Assembly (NCBI GenBank): GCA_965235115.1
Contig: OZ249436.1
Span: forward strand, 55,182,001 to 55,246,000
Reading direction: 5' to 3'
Source: Laetmonice hystrix
Taxonomy: Eukaryota
Length of the DNA stretch: 64,000 nt
Positions 13,391 through 26,900 of the stretch are shown here, one piece after another (the first letter of the stretch is position 1; each line of letters begins with the position of its first letter). Position numbers and translations under genes: made by a program. A model generated the notes under the pieces. It ran no database searches and had not been told where the DNA came from. It worked only from the letters and a program-made list of their open reading frames with translations.

Positions 13391-15974
13391 TGGTAACAAT
13401 ATCAACATAGATTGCTTGCCACTTCACTTTCTTGCCACAAGAAATAGACTACATATTGCAAATGAGCTTTTTTAAAGAGTAAACTCACTGAAGATTTAGC
13501 CAGAATAGCCAGATTTCTGGCCAACATTGCGGCTATATTTAATTTATGCAAATGAGGGAGCGAGCCAATCACTCTTTTTCTTCTAGGAACCGATTCCCAG
13601 AACCTCCTAAAAAATAATTTACATAATGAAAAAAGTCGATTTACAGTTGGAGATAATGCCAAAAGTGAATCGCCATGGGTAAGATGGCGGCCATATTGGA
13701 TTTATGCAAATGAGGGGTGGACCAATTAGAATATGTATCACTGCAAAAAGATTGTGTACGTCATTTATCCCCTGAACAGTACTTTATAAAGAGTACTAAA
13801 ATTCCATTTTGACGTTCAGATATAGCCAGAATAGCTCAAATTCGTGTTAAGATGGCGGCCATATTTAATTTATGCAAATGAGGGCGCGGCCAATCATTCT
13901 TTTTTTTCTTGTAACCGATTCCTCTGTCCCAGAACCTCCTAGGAAAAAATTATATAATGAAAAAAGTCAATTTACGGGTGGAGATAATGCCAAAAGTGAA
14001 TCGCCATGGGTAAGATGGCGGCCATATTGGATTTATGCAAATTAGAAAAAGTGCTCAAGGGTGCCAAGCTGGCATCAGGCGGATTCTCACTCAGGACGAC
14101 CTTGGCACCTTAAATCCATCAAAAAATAAAAGTTATACCACATTTCCAGGTTCAGCCCTGCTGCCGGACTATATTCAATTTTCATGCGTTTGATATAGGC
14201 CTAGGCCAATCATGTTTTCTAATAGGCCCTATAGGCCTACCCAAGAGCAGCCATCTTGGATTTTACCTTAAACATGGACTCTTATTGCAAAGAAATGACA
14301 GAAATGAGTTTCCCAACCCCCAAAAATGAAAATCCATGCATAACACAAGTTTGTCCTCAATTAGTTTAAATTATGAAGTACCTTTAGGCTAGATTTCTAG
14401 ATGGTTGCTGGCGGCCATCTTGGATTTGAGGGTCAAAATGGCCGCCAAATGTCAAAATAACCCTGCAGATGGATTTCTGACCCCCAAATTAGTTGAAATC
14501 CACCTATCACACTTATTTCTAAGTGAATTGGTTCAAAAGTTAGAAATCGACTTCCGTCGGGTGCTAATTAGCATAATTTATGCAAATTAGGGGCCTCTAT
14601 GCATAGAGACAACTTGTCTCTTTGGATATTTTTTTTCCTTTTGCCCTAAGGACCAATCATGCCAAGTTAGACATTTGCACTATAAAATGCAGTGTTCACC
14701 CCTTACCAATTGGGAATAGCAGCCATCTTGGACGCCATCTTGAATTCCCGAATTAGCACAAAGAGGATTTTCGGGGACTTTTGATATGTGACTGGGGACA
14801 CTTTTGGGCATCTTTTAACAAAAATTCAGCTTGTTACCAATTTATTCCAGGTTAGGCCTTATTTTGGGCTAATACTCTTGGACTATCAGGCCCGTAAGCT
14901 GGTCTGAAAATGGGTGGGTTAGGCCCTACTTCAAATCAGGGGCGGATCCAGGATTTTTAATACGGGGGGGGGTGAAAAAAATTAAATTACAGTGCCAAAT
15001 ACGCGATATAGACCAGCCTTTAGGGCTATAATAGGCCTAGACAATTGGACATTTAGATTTTAAATAGGCTAGGCCTATCTTTCGTAAAAATAAAAAAAGG
15101 CACTTGAGGGGGAGAGAAAAGGGCACATGGGGCGAGAGGGGGGTGCACTGCTTATAGTGAAATGAGTTCCATAGATTTGCATGGGGTGGATCCAGAGCTG
15201 TTTCTTGACCATGCACTGATATTGAAACTGGTTTCCAATAGGCCTACCAGTGGTTCCAACGTTTAAGAATGTGAAATGCAGCTCAGCAAAGCCACTGTAG
15301 TCTATAGGGAGCACCATATGCATGAAGCGTTTGTAGGGTGGTCCGGGGGCATGCTCCCCCCGGCAGGAATTTTTTTTAAACTAGGAGTGAAATGGTGCAT
15401 TCTGGGGGCATTTTGGCTGTGTTTCAGAAATCTGAGAGCAATTGCCTACTGAGGCACAGTAGGCTATAGGCCTAGGCCTACAAGGAATCTCGGTTCTCGC
15501 CCCTTCTGAGATACCAGTGGCAGTGCAGTTCTGCCCTGGTCCGGTCATATTGAATATGGGCGTGCTAGGGGGGTCTGCATCTGGGGTCCGGGACATGTTC
15601 CCCCAGAAAAAAATGAAAAAATTGGAGGCCTAACAACCATAGGCCTACATCTGTTGTTTTTTTTCAATTGGCGGGGCATATTTGTGCCCCCTCCCCCAAC
15701 TGAAAAATTGGTGCCACGCCCCTGCATGGGCAGACCTTTTTATCTTGACTAGGCGGACCTTGGTTGGCTCTGCGGGTAGGTTACGAGTAACCCAAGTAAC
15801 CCCCCCCCCCCCAGCCTACGGGCCTGCATGATGTGATAGGCCCCTCTGGATGCAGAGCACTGAATAGGCTATAGGCCTAATTAGCCTAGATCGCCTCAGA
15901 GTCAGAGGCCCGGCCCTAAGCAAATAACTATTCTAGGCCTAGCCTCGAAGGGCATCATTATTAGTAACATTACC

Positions 15975-16279
15975 CAATCTAATTAAAATTAGATCTTGGT
16001 AGGCCTATTCCGCGTCTCTCTCAGCTGTGTCAGTGCTGTCTGCGCTCCATAGGCTACCTAGATCTAAGGAAATCCCACTAGGGGTCACCTCAGGTTGACC
16101 TCTGGATTCAGCCAATCAGCGAGTCGCCTACGAAATCTTCGGTGTGCGCTTGTAGGCATTTTCAACGGCACACTGGAATCTGGGTCAAAGGGCAGCCTGA
16201 GGTGACCCCATACGGGATGCCGTTAGATCCTAGTATGGAGCGCATGCGAAATAACTAAGATGTAATTTTAATTAGATTG
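15975..16279. mobile_element. MITE with long imperfect TIRs and 10-bp TSD (Mutator-like)
   Basis: taacattacc|caatctaattaaaatta ... taattttaattagattg|taacattacc; the internal inverted match continues (ggggtcacctcagg/cctgaggtgacccc). Confidence 0.75.
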
Positions 16280-17427
16280 TAACATTACCGGGCCGTCCCA
16301 TGAAATATGAGAATTAATATCCCATCCCCACGGAGGGGATGGGATTTTGAAATTGTTGTAAACACTATGTCATAACTCGGTCGTTTTTCAAACTTGGTAG
16401 GCCTAGGCATGTGCATCTTGACCATGACGAAGTCTGGTCAGACTACTGTCATGTGACGTCACGTCATGACGTCAATTTTTGGTGACTTTGGGGGCCATTT
16501 TTAAAGTTCATATTGGGAATTTAGAATATCTATCATGGAATTTTGATTAGGCAAGGGTCTTGCCTAAGACTGACCCTCCATTTGACCTTTACTGGGTCCC
16601 AGGTCGTAAATCGGTTAAATCACTACTCCTTCCTCATTTTTTGGTAAAATTTGACAATATTGGGCAGAAGGACTCTCCAACAAGAGCTTCTCAAGTTATT
16701 TAAGGGATAATCGATTTTCGCTGAGTCACGTGACTCTGAAGTTGTGAACAGTGCCTAGTTTAGATATTTATGGCTATAACTCGAAAATGAGGGTCATAAA
16801 GGGCCATGTTTACTATTGTAGACAAATAGGAAGCCATATGCTCTTTCGTTTGGCACCATTATCTTTAAGGATTTAGCCTATTTTCGCCGAACCACGTGAC
16901 TTTGAAGTTTTGAAGTTGGGTCATTTGGAATAGTCCTGGTTGTAACTCTTGAAAGATTTAAGACAGAGCCTTAATTGTTCATGAACTGTATAAAGGTGTA
17001 TGTCCTCTTTAATTAGGTACCATAATTTTTTTCTTACATGACTTGTGACGTCATCTATAACGTCATTTTTACGGCGTAGTTGTTGTAATTGTAAACATGT
17101 ATCTCTATCTCAGTCATTTTTCATGATATCTCAATGAAATTTGGCACACATCTTCATAATGACAAAGTCTAATCAAGCAGTGTCATGACGTCATGTCACG
17201 TCACGTCATGACGTCATGACATCAAACGTATTTTGAAACTTGAGGTCATTTTTAAAGCTCATGATGACATTTAGAAAAAAAAATTATGGCTTCGTAATTG
17301 GCCAAGGGTGCTGCCTACCTCTGAGCCTTGATTTGACCTTTGACCTTTGACCTGAGGGAGAAATGGGTCCGAGGTCACAAATCAGTAAAATCCCTACTCC
17401 TTCCTCATTCTTTGGTGAAATATGTCA

Positions 17428-20400
17428 GTAGTAGTAGTAGTAGTAATTTCTTTATTCGCATCCAGGAATGCACAATACAATAGAGTTACAAGCGAACACA
17501 CCTCTCATCCTGCACACAGGACTTCCAACACTTCCCCACACTCCTTCCTACTGAGTACAGCACTCACACATCTGTCCCTCATCCCGACCACCTCCTTAAT
17601 CTGTTCGACTATACGAACTGTCTCTGCCTCATCTTTGCATAAATTATCCCACCATTTAAAAACATTAGTTTGACACATCTTGAATCTAGTTTGTAAGTAT
17701 TTATAGTTGCTTCCCATTATAGAGTGGCTGCCAAAAAGGCCCATTTTACTTATTGTTTGAACAGTACAATTCTGTGACTTAACTGCCATATTAATAAACT
17801 TTATACATCTCTTTGCCAGCAGTAGTTCCGGACTCATGCAGCCTACTAGATGTGGCAATAGGCAGCAATGTGTCCTCCATGGAATTCTCCATACTCTCCT
17901 GACAGCAACACGCCATGTTTTATACAGCGTTTCAATTTTATCATCCCATAGTGGCAATATCTGTGACCCAAAAAAAACTCATACAGTATTTCTGGAACAG
18001 TATATTCCTCATGTGTGAGCTTGTATGCTTAAAGTCTGCCATAAACATGTTGCATTGTCGGTTGAAATCCTCCACGCATTTAGACACATCAGCCTCGTAA
18101 ACATTGTCAGTCATTTTATGACCAAGGTATATAGTGCTGTCAACAACATCTACCTTCATGCCATCGATTATGACACAGGGGTCTGGTGTTTGTGCACAGT
18201 TAGGCTTAAAGATAATCACTTTACTCTTCTTAGCATTAAACTTTACTGAATGCCTGTCTGCATAATTTTCACAGATATTAACCATTTTATGCAGTGCGGC
18301 AACACTAGGCGCAAGTAACATGAGGTCGTCTGCATATCCAAATGCACCTGCATATACGCTTCCCATAAAGCACCCTACACCACTGGCTGCTAGTTCCTGA
18401 AGTAAATTGTCCATATAAACACAAAACAGCACTGGCGATATCACTCCCCCTTGCTTCACCCCATTCGTTACAGAAAACAGGTCAGAGTGTTTGCTTTCCC
18501 ACCTGACTCTTAGTTTCTGATTTAAATGCATATTCAGCAGAAGCCTACAAACCATTGGGCATATTCCTCTATTAAACAGTGTACGAAATAATTTACAGTA
18601 ATTAACTCTATCGAAGGCTTTGCTTGCATCTAATAGTAGCGCATACACATTGGTGCCCCCATGAACAAAGTAGGAAACCGTTTCCTGTACCATAGAGGCG
18701 CAAAGGCTGGTCGAAGAGCCTGTTTTAAAGCCAAACTGTAGATCATTTGTGCAAAGATTACCAGCTTCCAGTTTCATTATTATGATATCCAGCAGCTTAC
18801 CAAAAACACTGCTCAAGGTAATTGCTCTAAAATTGTCCGATGATGCAAGGTTAATCCATTTTCCTTTGGGAATGGGCACCATTGTGCCAATTAGCATACC
18901 AACTGGTGAGAGTCCATGACGTAACATAGTGGTAAACAACAGACTCAAGAAAACCGGGAGTTTGTCACCCGAGTTAATAATATGGTCGGACATAACCTCA
19001 CTGTAGCCATCCATTTTTGCATGCTTAAGCTTTGTTATTGCCGAGATAACATCACTGACTTCAATGCTGTGACTGCCGTGCGTACAAGTAGATGAACACG
19101 TTCTGTCTATTTTGCCACTAATGTCTTTCACAAGTTCATCCATTTCATTGACTTCGTAGCCGACAGAATTATATAAGTCCTTGAATTTCCCTGCAAATAG
19201 GGCAGCAATTTCATCCTTTCCAATGGCTTCATCGACCACATTGGGATATGAAGCATTCCTGGGGCGACTCCTTTTAACCTCTGCCCAGAACGCACCTGAG
19301 TCACCTTCGCCTAAGGACTCAGCTAATTTATTTGATTTAATCTCCTCCTCATATTTTATTACCATTTTACATACTTTATGGTATTGGGACCGAGCTGTAC
19401 GCATACGATCCACTATGGCACCTTCTCTAGGCTGACCATATGCTTTCCAAATATCATGCCATCTTAGAGATTCTCTAAAGTATTTTTCCACATATTCATT
19501 CCATCCTGCCCTGGTTTTTGCCCCCGGGGGCCTCCTTTGCGGGGTAACATTCTCTCCTGCAGTTAATAGCCCTCGAATAATACCATCATGTAATTCATTA
19601 ATATATTCTATGTGCCTTTTACAATGTTTATCAGTGCATAGTAACACCTCTCTATCAAGCCAAATATTGTCCAGATTGGCCGATACTTGAGATTGATACC
19701 TTTCAATGTCCCTCACCGTAGCCATTCGCCATAGTGGTCTGCAGGTTTGGTTATTATCCGTGAGGTTGGCATTTATGTAATCACTTACATCACAGTCAAG
19801 TACACATTTAATGGGATAATGATCAGAAAAATTGTCTTCAGCGTCAAACGAGCCATATGACAAAAGCATGGGCATAGCATTTTCACCTAGTATAAAATGG
19901 TCTATCAAAGACGTAGCACCTGTGCCTTTATGGCAATAAGTTACTTGTACCGTATTACACACATCATTCACACACATACAAAGCCTTGTTCTGTCTATGT
20001 ACCTGAGTAACTCTCTTGTCTGATACGAGTTTCTTATAAGGTCCGTGTTGAGATCTCCTCCAATACAAACATAATTTGCGTTCACACTATTACAAATAGT
20101 TTCTATATCATTGAGAGTATTTGTGTACTCCACTAACTTTGGTCCAGGTCTTCTGTCATCACATGGCATATATACACATACCAAAAGTAGGAGACCACCG
20201 TTACCTAACTGGACTGTAACTGCACACACTCGATCAGAGTTATGTTTAACCACGGACACTCTCATTCCAAGACTCTTTTTCCAGAGTATTACAGCACCAC
20301 CATGTGGACGCCCAGTGAGGAAAGTGTTTTCATCCATCGCACTCACTCCGTGAATCCCTACCCCATTGCTAAGTTTATTAAACCATCCAAATTGTGTTTT

Positions 20401-20541
20401 ATATAAGCAGTGTTCCTGTAGTAATAGAAAGTCACACTGGTTTAAAAGTCCCTGTAAGAAATTAATTCTAGTATCATCAGCATGTTCACAATTATATGTG
20501 ATACATGTCAATTTATGGGAAGTATTAACTTTATTCTCCAT
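17428..20541 (-). mobile_element. Non-LTR retrotransposon (APE endonuclease + RT; Proto2/RTEX-like, clade unverified), 5'-truncated at the ORF start
   Basis: APE motifs (TYNC, LLQEH, GGDLN, IDHF, SDH) and RT motifs (FRAITL, QFGFK, LDASKAFD, GVKQGG.ISP, YADD). 3' AATAAA followed by a (TAC)n tail at 17428-17456. Confidence 0.93.
17505..20541 (-). pseudogene. LINE ORF (~1011 aa if corrected) with one +1 frameshift in an 8-T run
   Basis: ORFs 17941-20541 and 17505-17957 join if one base is removed from the A8 run at 17970-17977, giving ...YCMSFFGSQILPLWD.... Confidence 0.85.
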
Positions 20542-21066
20542 TGGGCAGAAACACTCTCAAACGAGAGTTCCACAAGATGAGTGCTAGGATATACGATTTG
20601 GCCTATTTTTTGCCGAACCACGTGACCTGAAAGTTTCGAAGTTGGGCAATTTGGAAGCGTCCTGGTTGTAACTCTTGAAAGATTTAAGACAGAGCCTTAA
20701 TTGTTTATGAACTTTATAAAGGTGTATATGTCCTCTTTAATTAGGTACCATAATTTTTTTATCACGTGACTTGCGACGTCATCTATGGCGTCATCTTGCT
20801 GATTTATGTAACCAAAATTCTACGGGCTGTATCTTGAAACTTATTACACATAGCCATATGCAAATACATCTGTTATAAAGTGCATAGAGTCAGGCATACC
20901 ACTGATTGTTTAATTATTTTTCTCGAAAGGCAATGTAGCCACAATCATAAGTTTTCATGTGTATAGTGTTCACAATATAATGTTTGTTACTAGGATGGTT
21001 GCGGTCTCTGTATACACATGTGCCTGTTGTGAGGCCCGGCTCTGTATACACATGAGCATGCTGTGA

Positions 21067-21240
21067 GGCCCGGCCGCGAATTTTTTTTTTCCAAACAGGT
21101 TTGCCATGACGCTTGGAGTCAAATTGTTCAAAAATAGTGGAGTTCAAAAAGGCCAATGACGGTCACGTGCGTCCTACTCGGCATTTGATTGGACGAAATG
21201 GCAAACCTGTTTGGGAAAAAGAATTTCGCGGCCCGGCCCG
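21067..21240. mobile_element. Short MITE/foldback
   Basis: ggccgcgaatt...ccaaacaggtttgccat / atggcaaacctgtttgg...aatttcgcggcc inverted arms. Confidence 0.55.
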
Positions 21241-22883
21241 GCTCTGGCCGGGGTCAGCAGCGAGTTATGTAAGGCCTGCTGGTGTCGACTCCCCCGGTCC
21301 TCCCAGTCAGGTTGGGGTTGGGGGAATCTGTATGCCCAGAACAACCCCGGCTGTAGGCCTATGTGTAACTGTCTAATACATATTTTTTTTAAATCTTATA
21401 TTGGAGGACAGCAATAAAACCAAACTCTGACGAAGGCTGTCTTCTTGAAGTTACAAGACCACTCTTGGCCAGCTGTCCTTGGTTTAGTGAGCCAGCACAT
21501 TGATGTGGATAGATTTTACATTTCGGGCCGGTCGGTCGTGACTAGATCTACTCCCCCTTTCCTCCCAGTCATGGTGGGGTTGGAGGATTAGGCTTATCAT
21601 GTATCTGAATTAACTGTGGTTTTGAACTATAGGTGTAACTGTCTAATAGGCCTACATATGTTTTTAGACTTGGACGTTCATAGGGCCTATAGGGGCTATG
21701 GCTAGGCCTATATCTTAGCTAGCCTATAGGGGGGGGGGCTACACATTGCAGCTTTGGCTTTTTTTAGGCTACAACATAAAAAATGTATGCGTCGCAGGAG
21801 ATAAACCGGGCTCAGTCACGCATACTGGCATCATCTCTGTAGGCTATAGGGGGCCTATGAGCTACGGTTCTGGGATAGCTCGCGAATGTTGCTGCGACCT
21901 GCGTTATCCGGATTTTTTCATAGATGTAGCTACTTCTAATGATATCGATCAGTGGTGGCTTAAAAACATTTTCATACCGGAATACTATAGGCAATTGAGA
22001 AAATGTCATAAACACACTCAGAATCATCCATGTTGTCCATGCAGCGGGATATACTGCACAACGATCTATAGACCCATCTCGGGTCCGTGAAGAGGGCGTA
22101 TCTTACAGTGATGGTTTTCGCCCCGCAAGTTTATCTCATCCGTCGCCAGATGTCACTAGTGGTCACGGGCGAAAACCTTTTCAAATCGGCCGAGGCTATA
22201 TCGTTTCCAATTTGTTTGTGTATGCTAATCTGTGGTCTTGCCCTATACCGGTACCAAAACGGGCATCTTGCCCCACCACCGGACTTGATGCCTATCAGAT
22301 TCCCTTTTTTAATTTACGAGTTTTCGTTTCTTTTTAATTTAGGCCCGAGGGCCTAACCTGTTAGGGAGGCTAGGCTATGTTGAATTTTAGCATGCCCAGA
22401 CTGGTGGAACCCCCCCCCCCCCCTCTAATTTTAAGATGGGGGACTCTGACCCCTTGATTTATCTATATTGGGGATCGATAGACCCGCAGGACAAAAGCCA
22501 AAGTTAGGCCTATTTCGGCATCCTATGCGTAGTCTTTTTTACCTAGGCTATAATGAGCCCTGCATGGGGACCGCTTCACTAAAAACTCGTAGGCCCTATA
22601 GGCCCCTAGGCCTATTTAATGAGCTCACGTTTTTCTATATAGAATTTTTTTTTTTTTCTTGTTTACGAGAGCTCTATAACTATAAGGCTATATAGGGCCT
22701 ATATATATACGAGCTCGTATAGGTAGATCTACAGTCTTAGTGAAATACTCTCTCTAGATGCATTCATAGCCTATAGCAGGCATTACTGAAAAGTAACTGC
22801 AGAAGGTAAGGCTAGATCTCATGCACTCAGAAAAAAAGCCAGATTCCTTGCATTTTGGATCACCAGAAACATCTGTAGATCTA

Positions 22884-23944
22884 TCAGGTGGGCTTAAAAA
22901 TTTTGGAACACTCTTTTCTTGACTGTAACTTCTATAGTTTATACCCCAATATCATAATATTTGGAACATCATAATCATCTGGTTAATTGGGGCATGTGGT
23001 ACAAGGTTCAGATAAATAGGTCAAAATGTATAAAAATAGGGCCATTTTAAAAACTGCATATCAAAAATTGCAATGCCGGACCAGGCGTCCTCGGCAGAGT
23101 TGGTCCCGCTGTGTCTGAAACACTCTTTACTTAATTGACTATAGCTTCTACAATTTTCATAGTTTGTCATTGATATTTAGGGCATCATGTTATATGGTTA
23201 ATAGCATTTTGTGGTGAAAATTTTAGGCGGATAGGCCAAAAACTCTGTATGTGGAAACAAATCAAACATCACATGTCGAAAAATGCAATGCTGGAGAGCC
23301 ATGTAGAGAATCTAAGTGTCACCTATACCTATTTCAGTTGAAATGAAAAGGTGATTGATGTGACCCCCCCCCCCCCCATCCTGTTCACTGTTCACACACA
23401 GCCCTTAGTCTTTTTTTGAATATCCCGGCTGACTTCCTGACTTCTTCTAGAAATTCCCTCCCACCTTTCCCCAATTTTCTCCTTCAGTTCGTTCTCGGCG
23501 AATTTTTGTTTACGACCTTTATAGACTTTTTCAGACAGAGAATCCCAAATGGTGTAAATCCATGGGGTTTAAGTCGGGACTGGCCACCAGTTTTTGGCAG
23601 GGGGCATTTCATGCATTTGACGTCACGTCATTCAGACACAGTGGCAACAACCCTGCATTAATTGGGACACACACCAAGAAAACTGGGTCATTCAACGCTA
23701 CGGGACTCAGTTTTTCAGGGCAGTTTCCCGCTTAAAAGACGTGCGGCTTCACGCTTATGACCCTGGTCCGGGATTGCAATTTTTGAAACGAATTTTGAAA
23801 CGTTTTGACCTATTTATCTGAAATTTGCACCACCGACCCCAAATAGCCAGATGATATCATGCTCTAAATATTATGCCATTGCGGTAAAAATGATAGAAGT
23901 TACAGTCAAGAAAAGAGTGTTCCAAAATTTTTAGGCCCACCCGA
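22884..23944. mobile_element. Non-autonomous Tc1/mariner-type element
   Basis: TA|tcaggtgggc..aaaattttggaacactcttttcttgactgtaacttctat ... inverse ..gcccacccga|TA; TIRs about 180 bp. Confidence 0.8.
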
Positions 23945-26900
23945 TATAAATATAGCCTATAGACTAGGGCCTATATATCTAGGCTAGGCCTCATTCTTGA
24001 CTGCTGAAAAAGTCCGACTCCTAAAAGGCATTCTCGATCGCTTGATTGAAAGTCGAGACCTTTTTTAAATTCTTGTTCTTTATGCCGTCAAAGGAGTATT
24101 GACGATTTAGTCAACTTTGACTTTGCCCAACACACTGCGATTGCTTGCAACTAATTGCGACGCGACCGTCGTGAGACACACTTGTGCTTATGAAGGGGTG
24201 TGAGTGTCGGGGGGGGGGGGGGGTCGCCGGGTCGGGAGACTGAACTGGCCGCATATTTTGACTGACACCTCCAGCACTCTCGCAAACATGCATGGCCCAG
24301 CCCCTTCTGGCATGAATCTACCAAATCCGGAAATTTGCTTTTGTCTGCAAGTTAGAGTCTCTCGCCGTACGTTCCGTCTCTCATAGATAATAGGCCCTAC
24401 CTAGCTAGCCCTAGTTGTCCTTGATACCTTTCGCAATGATGTCAGTAATTTTACGGGCGACATGTATCGTAAAATATGACATAGGTAACTTTAGTGAGAA
24501 ATAAATGGTGTGCGTGATCTGAGATCTGTTCCTGGATGCTGTGCAAATCTAATATGATTACAAAATCTCCATTGTTTTGTAGTTTGTTGACTTTTTGTAG
24601 TTTTTAGAAATACATTTTGTGCATATTTATTAAACATCTATATATTATTGTATTGATCACAAAATCTCCATTGTTCCCATGAGAAATAAATGGTGTGCAT
24701 GTTTAGACGGATGTTTTTTTGTGTTTATGTTTACGTTAATGGGTCTACACTTCTGGACGAGTCTAACTGGGACGTGTCCATCTGGGACGCGTGTAACTGG
24801 GAAATTTGGACACACATCTAACTGGGACGTGTCCATTTGGGATGACACCATATTGGAATCATCCCCTTAGATTTCATTTTCTACCGCCAACAAATGCTGC
24901 AGCGCCATCTGGTGTTAAATATAAGCAATATTCATTCCAGTATATCAATATTCCACCAGAGGGCGATGGTCAGATTTTTACTAACCCATACCGCATGGGC
25001 CGAGTATCTAAACGCCTTATGACTATCCGAATTCCGACTTGCCTTTTACTTTTTTAAAATCAGATAAATGGAAGGTTAGTCGGTTCGTACATTATTTGGG
25101 AGGAAATATAGAACTACCCGCGTTCTGACAAATCTAAGGCTTATCAAAAAGTTCCATTCAAGTCCATAGCATAGGGCATAGGCCTATAGGCTACACAAAC
25201 ACCAAACATGATGGACGTAATTACTTTTTATACTGTAACCCGACGTGGTCCCAATACTAAACGCACAACTCCAATTCCTTAAAAGAAAATAATCGTCCAA
25301 TTCGCCAAGGCCAGCGGCAATGTCCCGTCCTCACATTGTAGGCCTAGACTCTATGGACTGCCGAGTCACCCAAAGATCTCTGCCCCAAGGAGGCGCCACT
25401 GTCCACGGTTGCTGTACGACCACGCACTGAGACGTAAATAATCGTAATTAGGCCTATTCCTATTCCTAATATAATAGAGAAATAGACTGTCTCTCTCTTT
25501 ACATCTCTGGGGCTAAGGGATAGCTTTGCCACTTCGTTTTGTCACCAGAATTCCTGGAAACTAGGGCATGTAGCCTACATAGGTCTACAAGTCCATAAAT
25601 AAATCTGGGTAGTAGGCTTAGTAGTTAAGTAGGCCTATACTATTGGATATAATAGCCTACCACATAGGGACTGTTATAGGCCGATAGATACTGAACTTAT
25701 TCATAGGACTATTCAGCCAGAATAGAGTCTACATGTATCCCAAAATAGTTGAGACGGTGTCATCTATCTGATACACAGGTTAAGGACGACATGTCGAGCT
25801 TGAGTTTCCGGTTTATCACGATCTGCGACCAGGAAACTATAGACACAGAATCCAAGTAGAGGAGACTTATATCTCCAGGCACCTCCATGTGCTATGATCC
25901 GCCTAAACCAACTGCCTCAGGGCCTCAGTTACTTGAATCAAGTGAAGTAGCCTGCCACAATTTTGGTTTCATACAGACCTCCAGTATGGAGGTATCCAAT
26001 TTATCCAAGTTATTTAATTTTCTTTCCCCTAATTAGGACGTCTTGAAAGTGTCTTTGTTCGGACAATATTTTCTTTTACTGTTGGAAATCTTGCGTGCCA
26101 GAATCTTGACTGGGCTGAAGTGTAACAATCAGTCCGCAGGAGACGCCAATCTTCTCTTGGTGTGGTTTTCTTTGGACGATCACTTCTGTTTAATTTTTCA
26201 TGGTCACAAGTTTGTTGGTACCTCGCCCATACTCTATACCGATTGACGGCATGTAGTGATAGACGTCTGGCTAGGCCCTATATCGTGCACCCAAACACCT
26301 CTCTCTCTCTCCAGTGGCGTATCCAGGGGTTTCCCCACATTCTGGATCCGCCACTGGCATTGATATCTTTGTAAAACGAAGGCTATGCTTCCTTTCCCAT
26401 ATCGGGAGCATTGCATTCAGTTCGTCGCCATGCGTCGCAAAATCTTCAAATGGCCAGGAAAAATTTGGACAGGTAATATAGGCCCTAGGCCTATATATAG
26501 AAACACAGATTAGGCCTATACACCAATATCAGACACTTTGCATAGTGGAATTCTAGGAATTCAATTAGTACGTGGTCGTGACGTCACGAAATAGGCCTAA
26601 TGATGAGGGTATTTAGCTTACATGATCAGTTACCGCCTAGTTAGGGGCAAGGTGCAGTAGCTGCGGACGAGTTCAATATAATAAACAGCAAAAAGGGTGC
26701 CAAAAGGGAAAGCGGCAAAACAAAACAAAAAATTCAAAAGGGGTCAAATCATGAAACCTAACTAAAATAAAGTTGGCGTTTAAAATTGAGAGTTGGTCCT
26801 GCTTGGATGATGTATATTAATGTTGTAATATTATGTTATTTACCTAACACTAATACCCCGTTGTGTTCTATAGAAGCCTATAGAAATTGACAAGCATGCA

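Larger units (their letters stand above)
10738..14885. mobile_element. Non-autonomous Academ-like DNA transposon, composite and palindromic
   Basis: Termini tagg/tccaagagta ... tactcttggacta with 3-bp TSD tca (10735-37, 14886-88). Long TIRs (about 10775-11100 vs 14390-14855). A second Academ-type end (ccaggtt...ggacta) is nested at 14171. Confidence 0.75.
16320..20900. mobile_element. Non-autonomous element with ~770-bp internal direct repeats (Helitron/Helentron-like), split by the LINE
   Basis: 5' hairpin cccatcccc-acgga-ggggatggg. Blocks at 16620-17070 recur at 17390-17430 plus 20541-20795. Superfamily assignment and ends are tentative. Confidence 0.45.
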
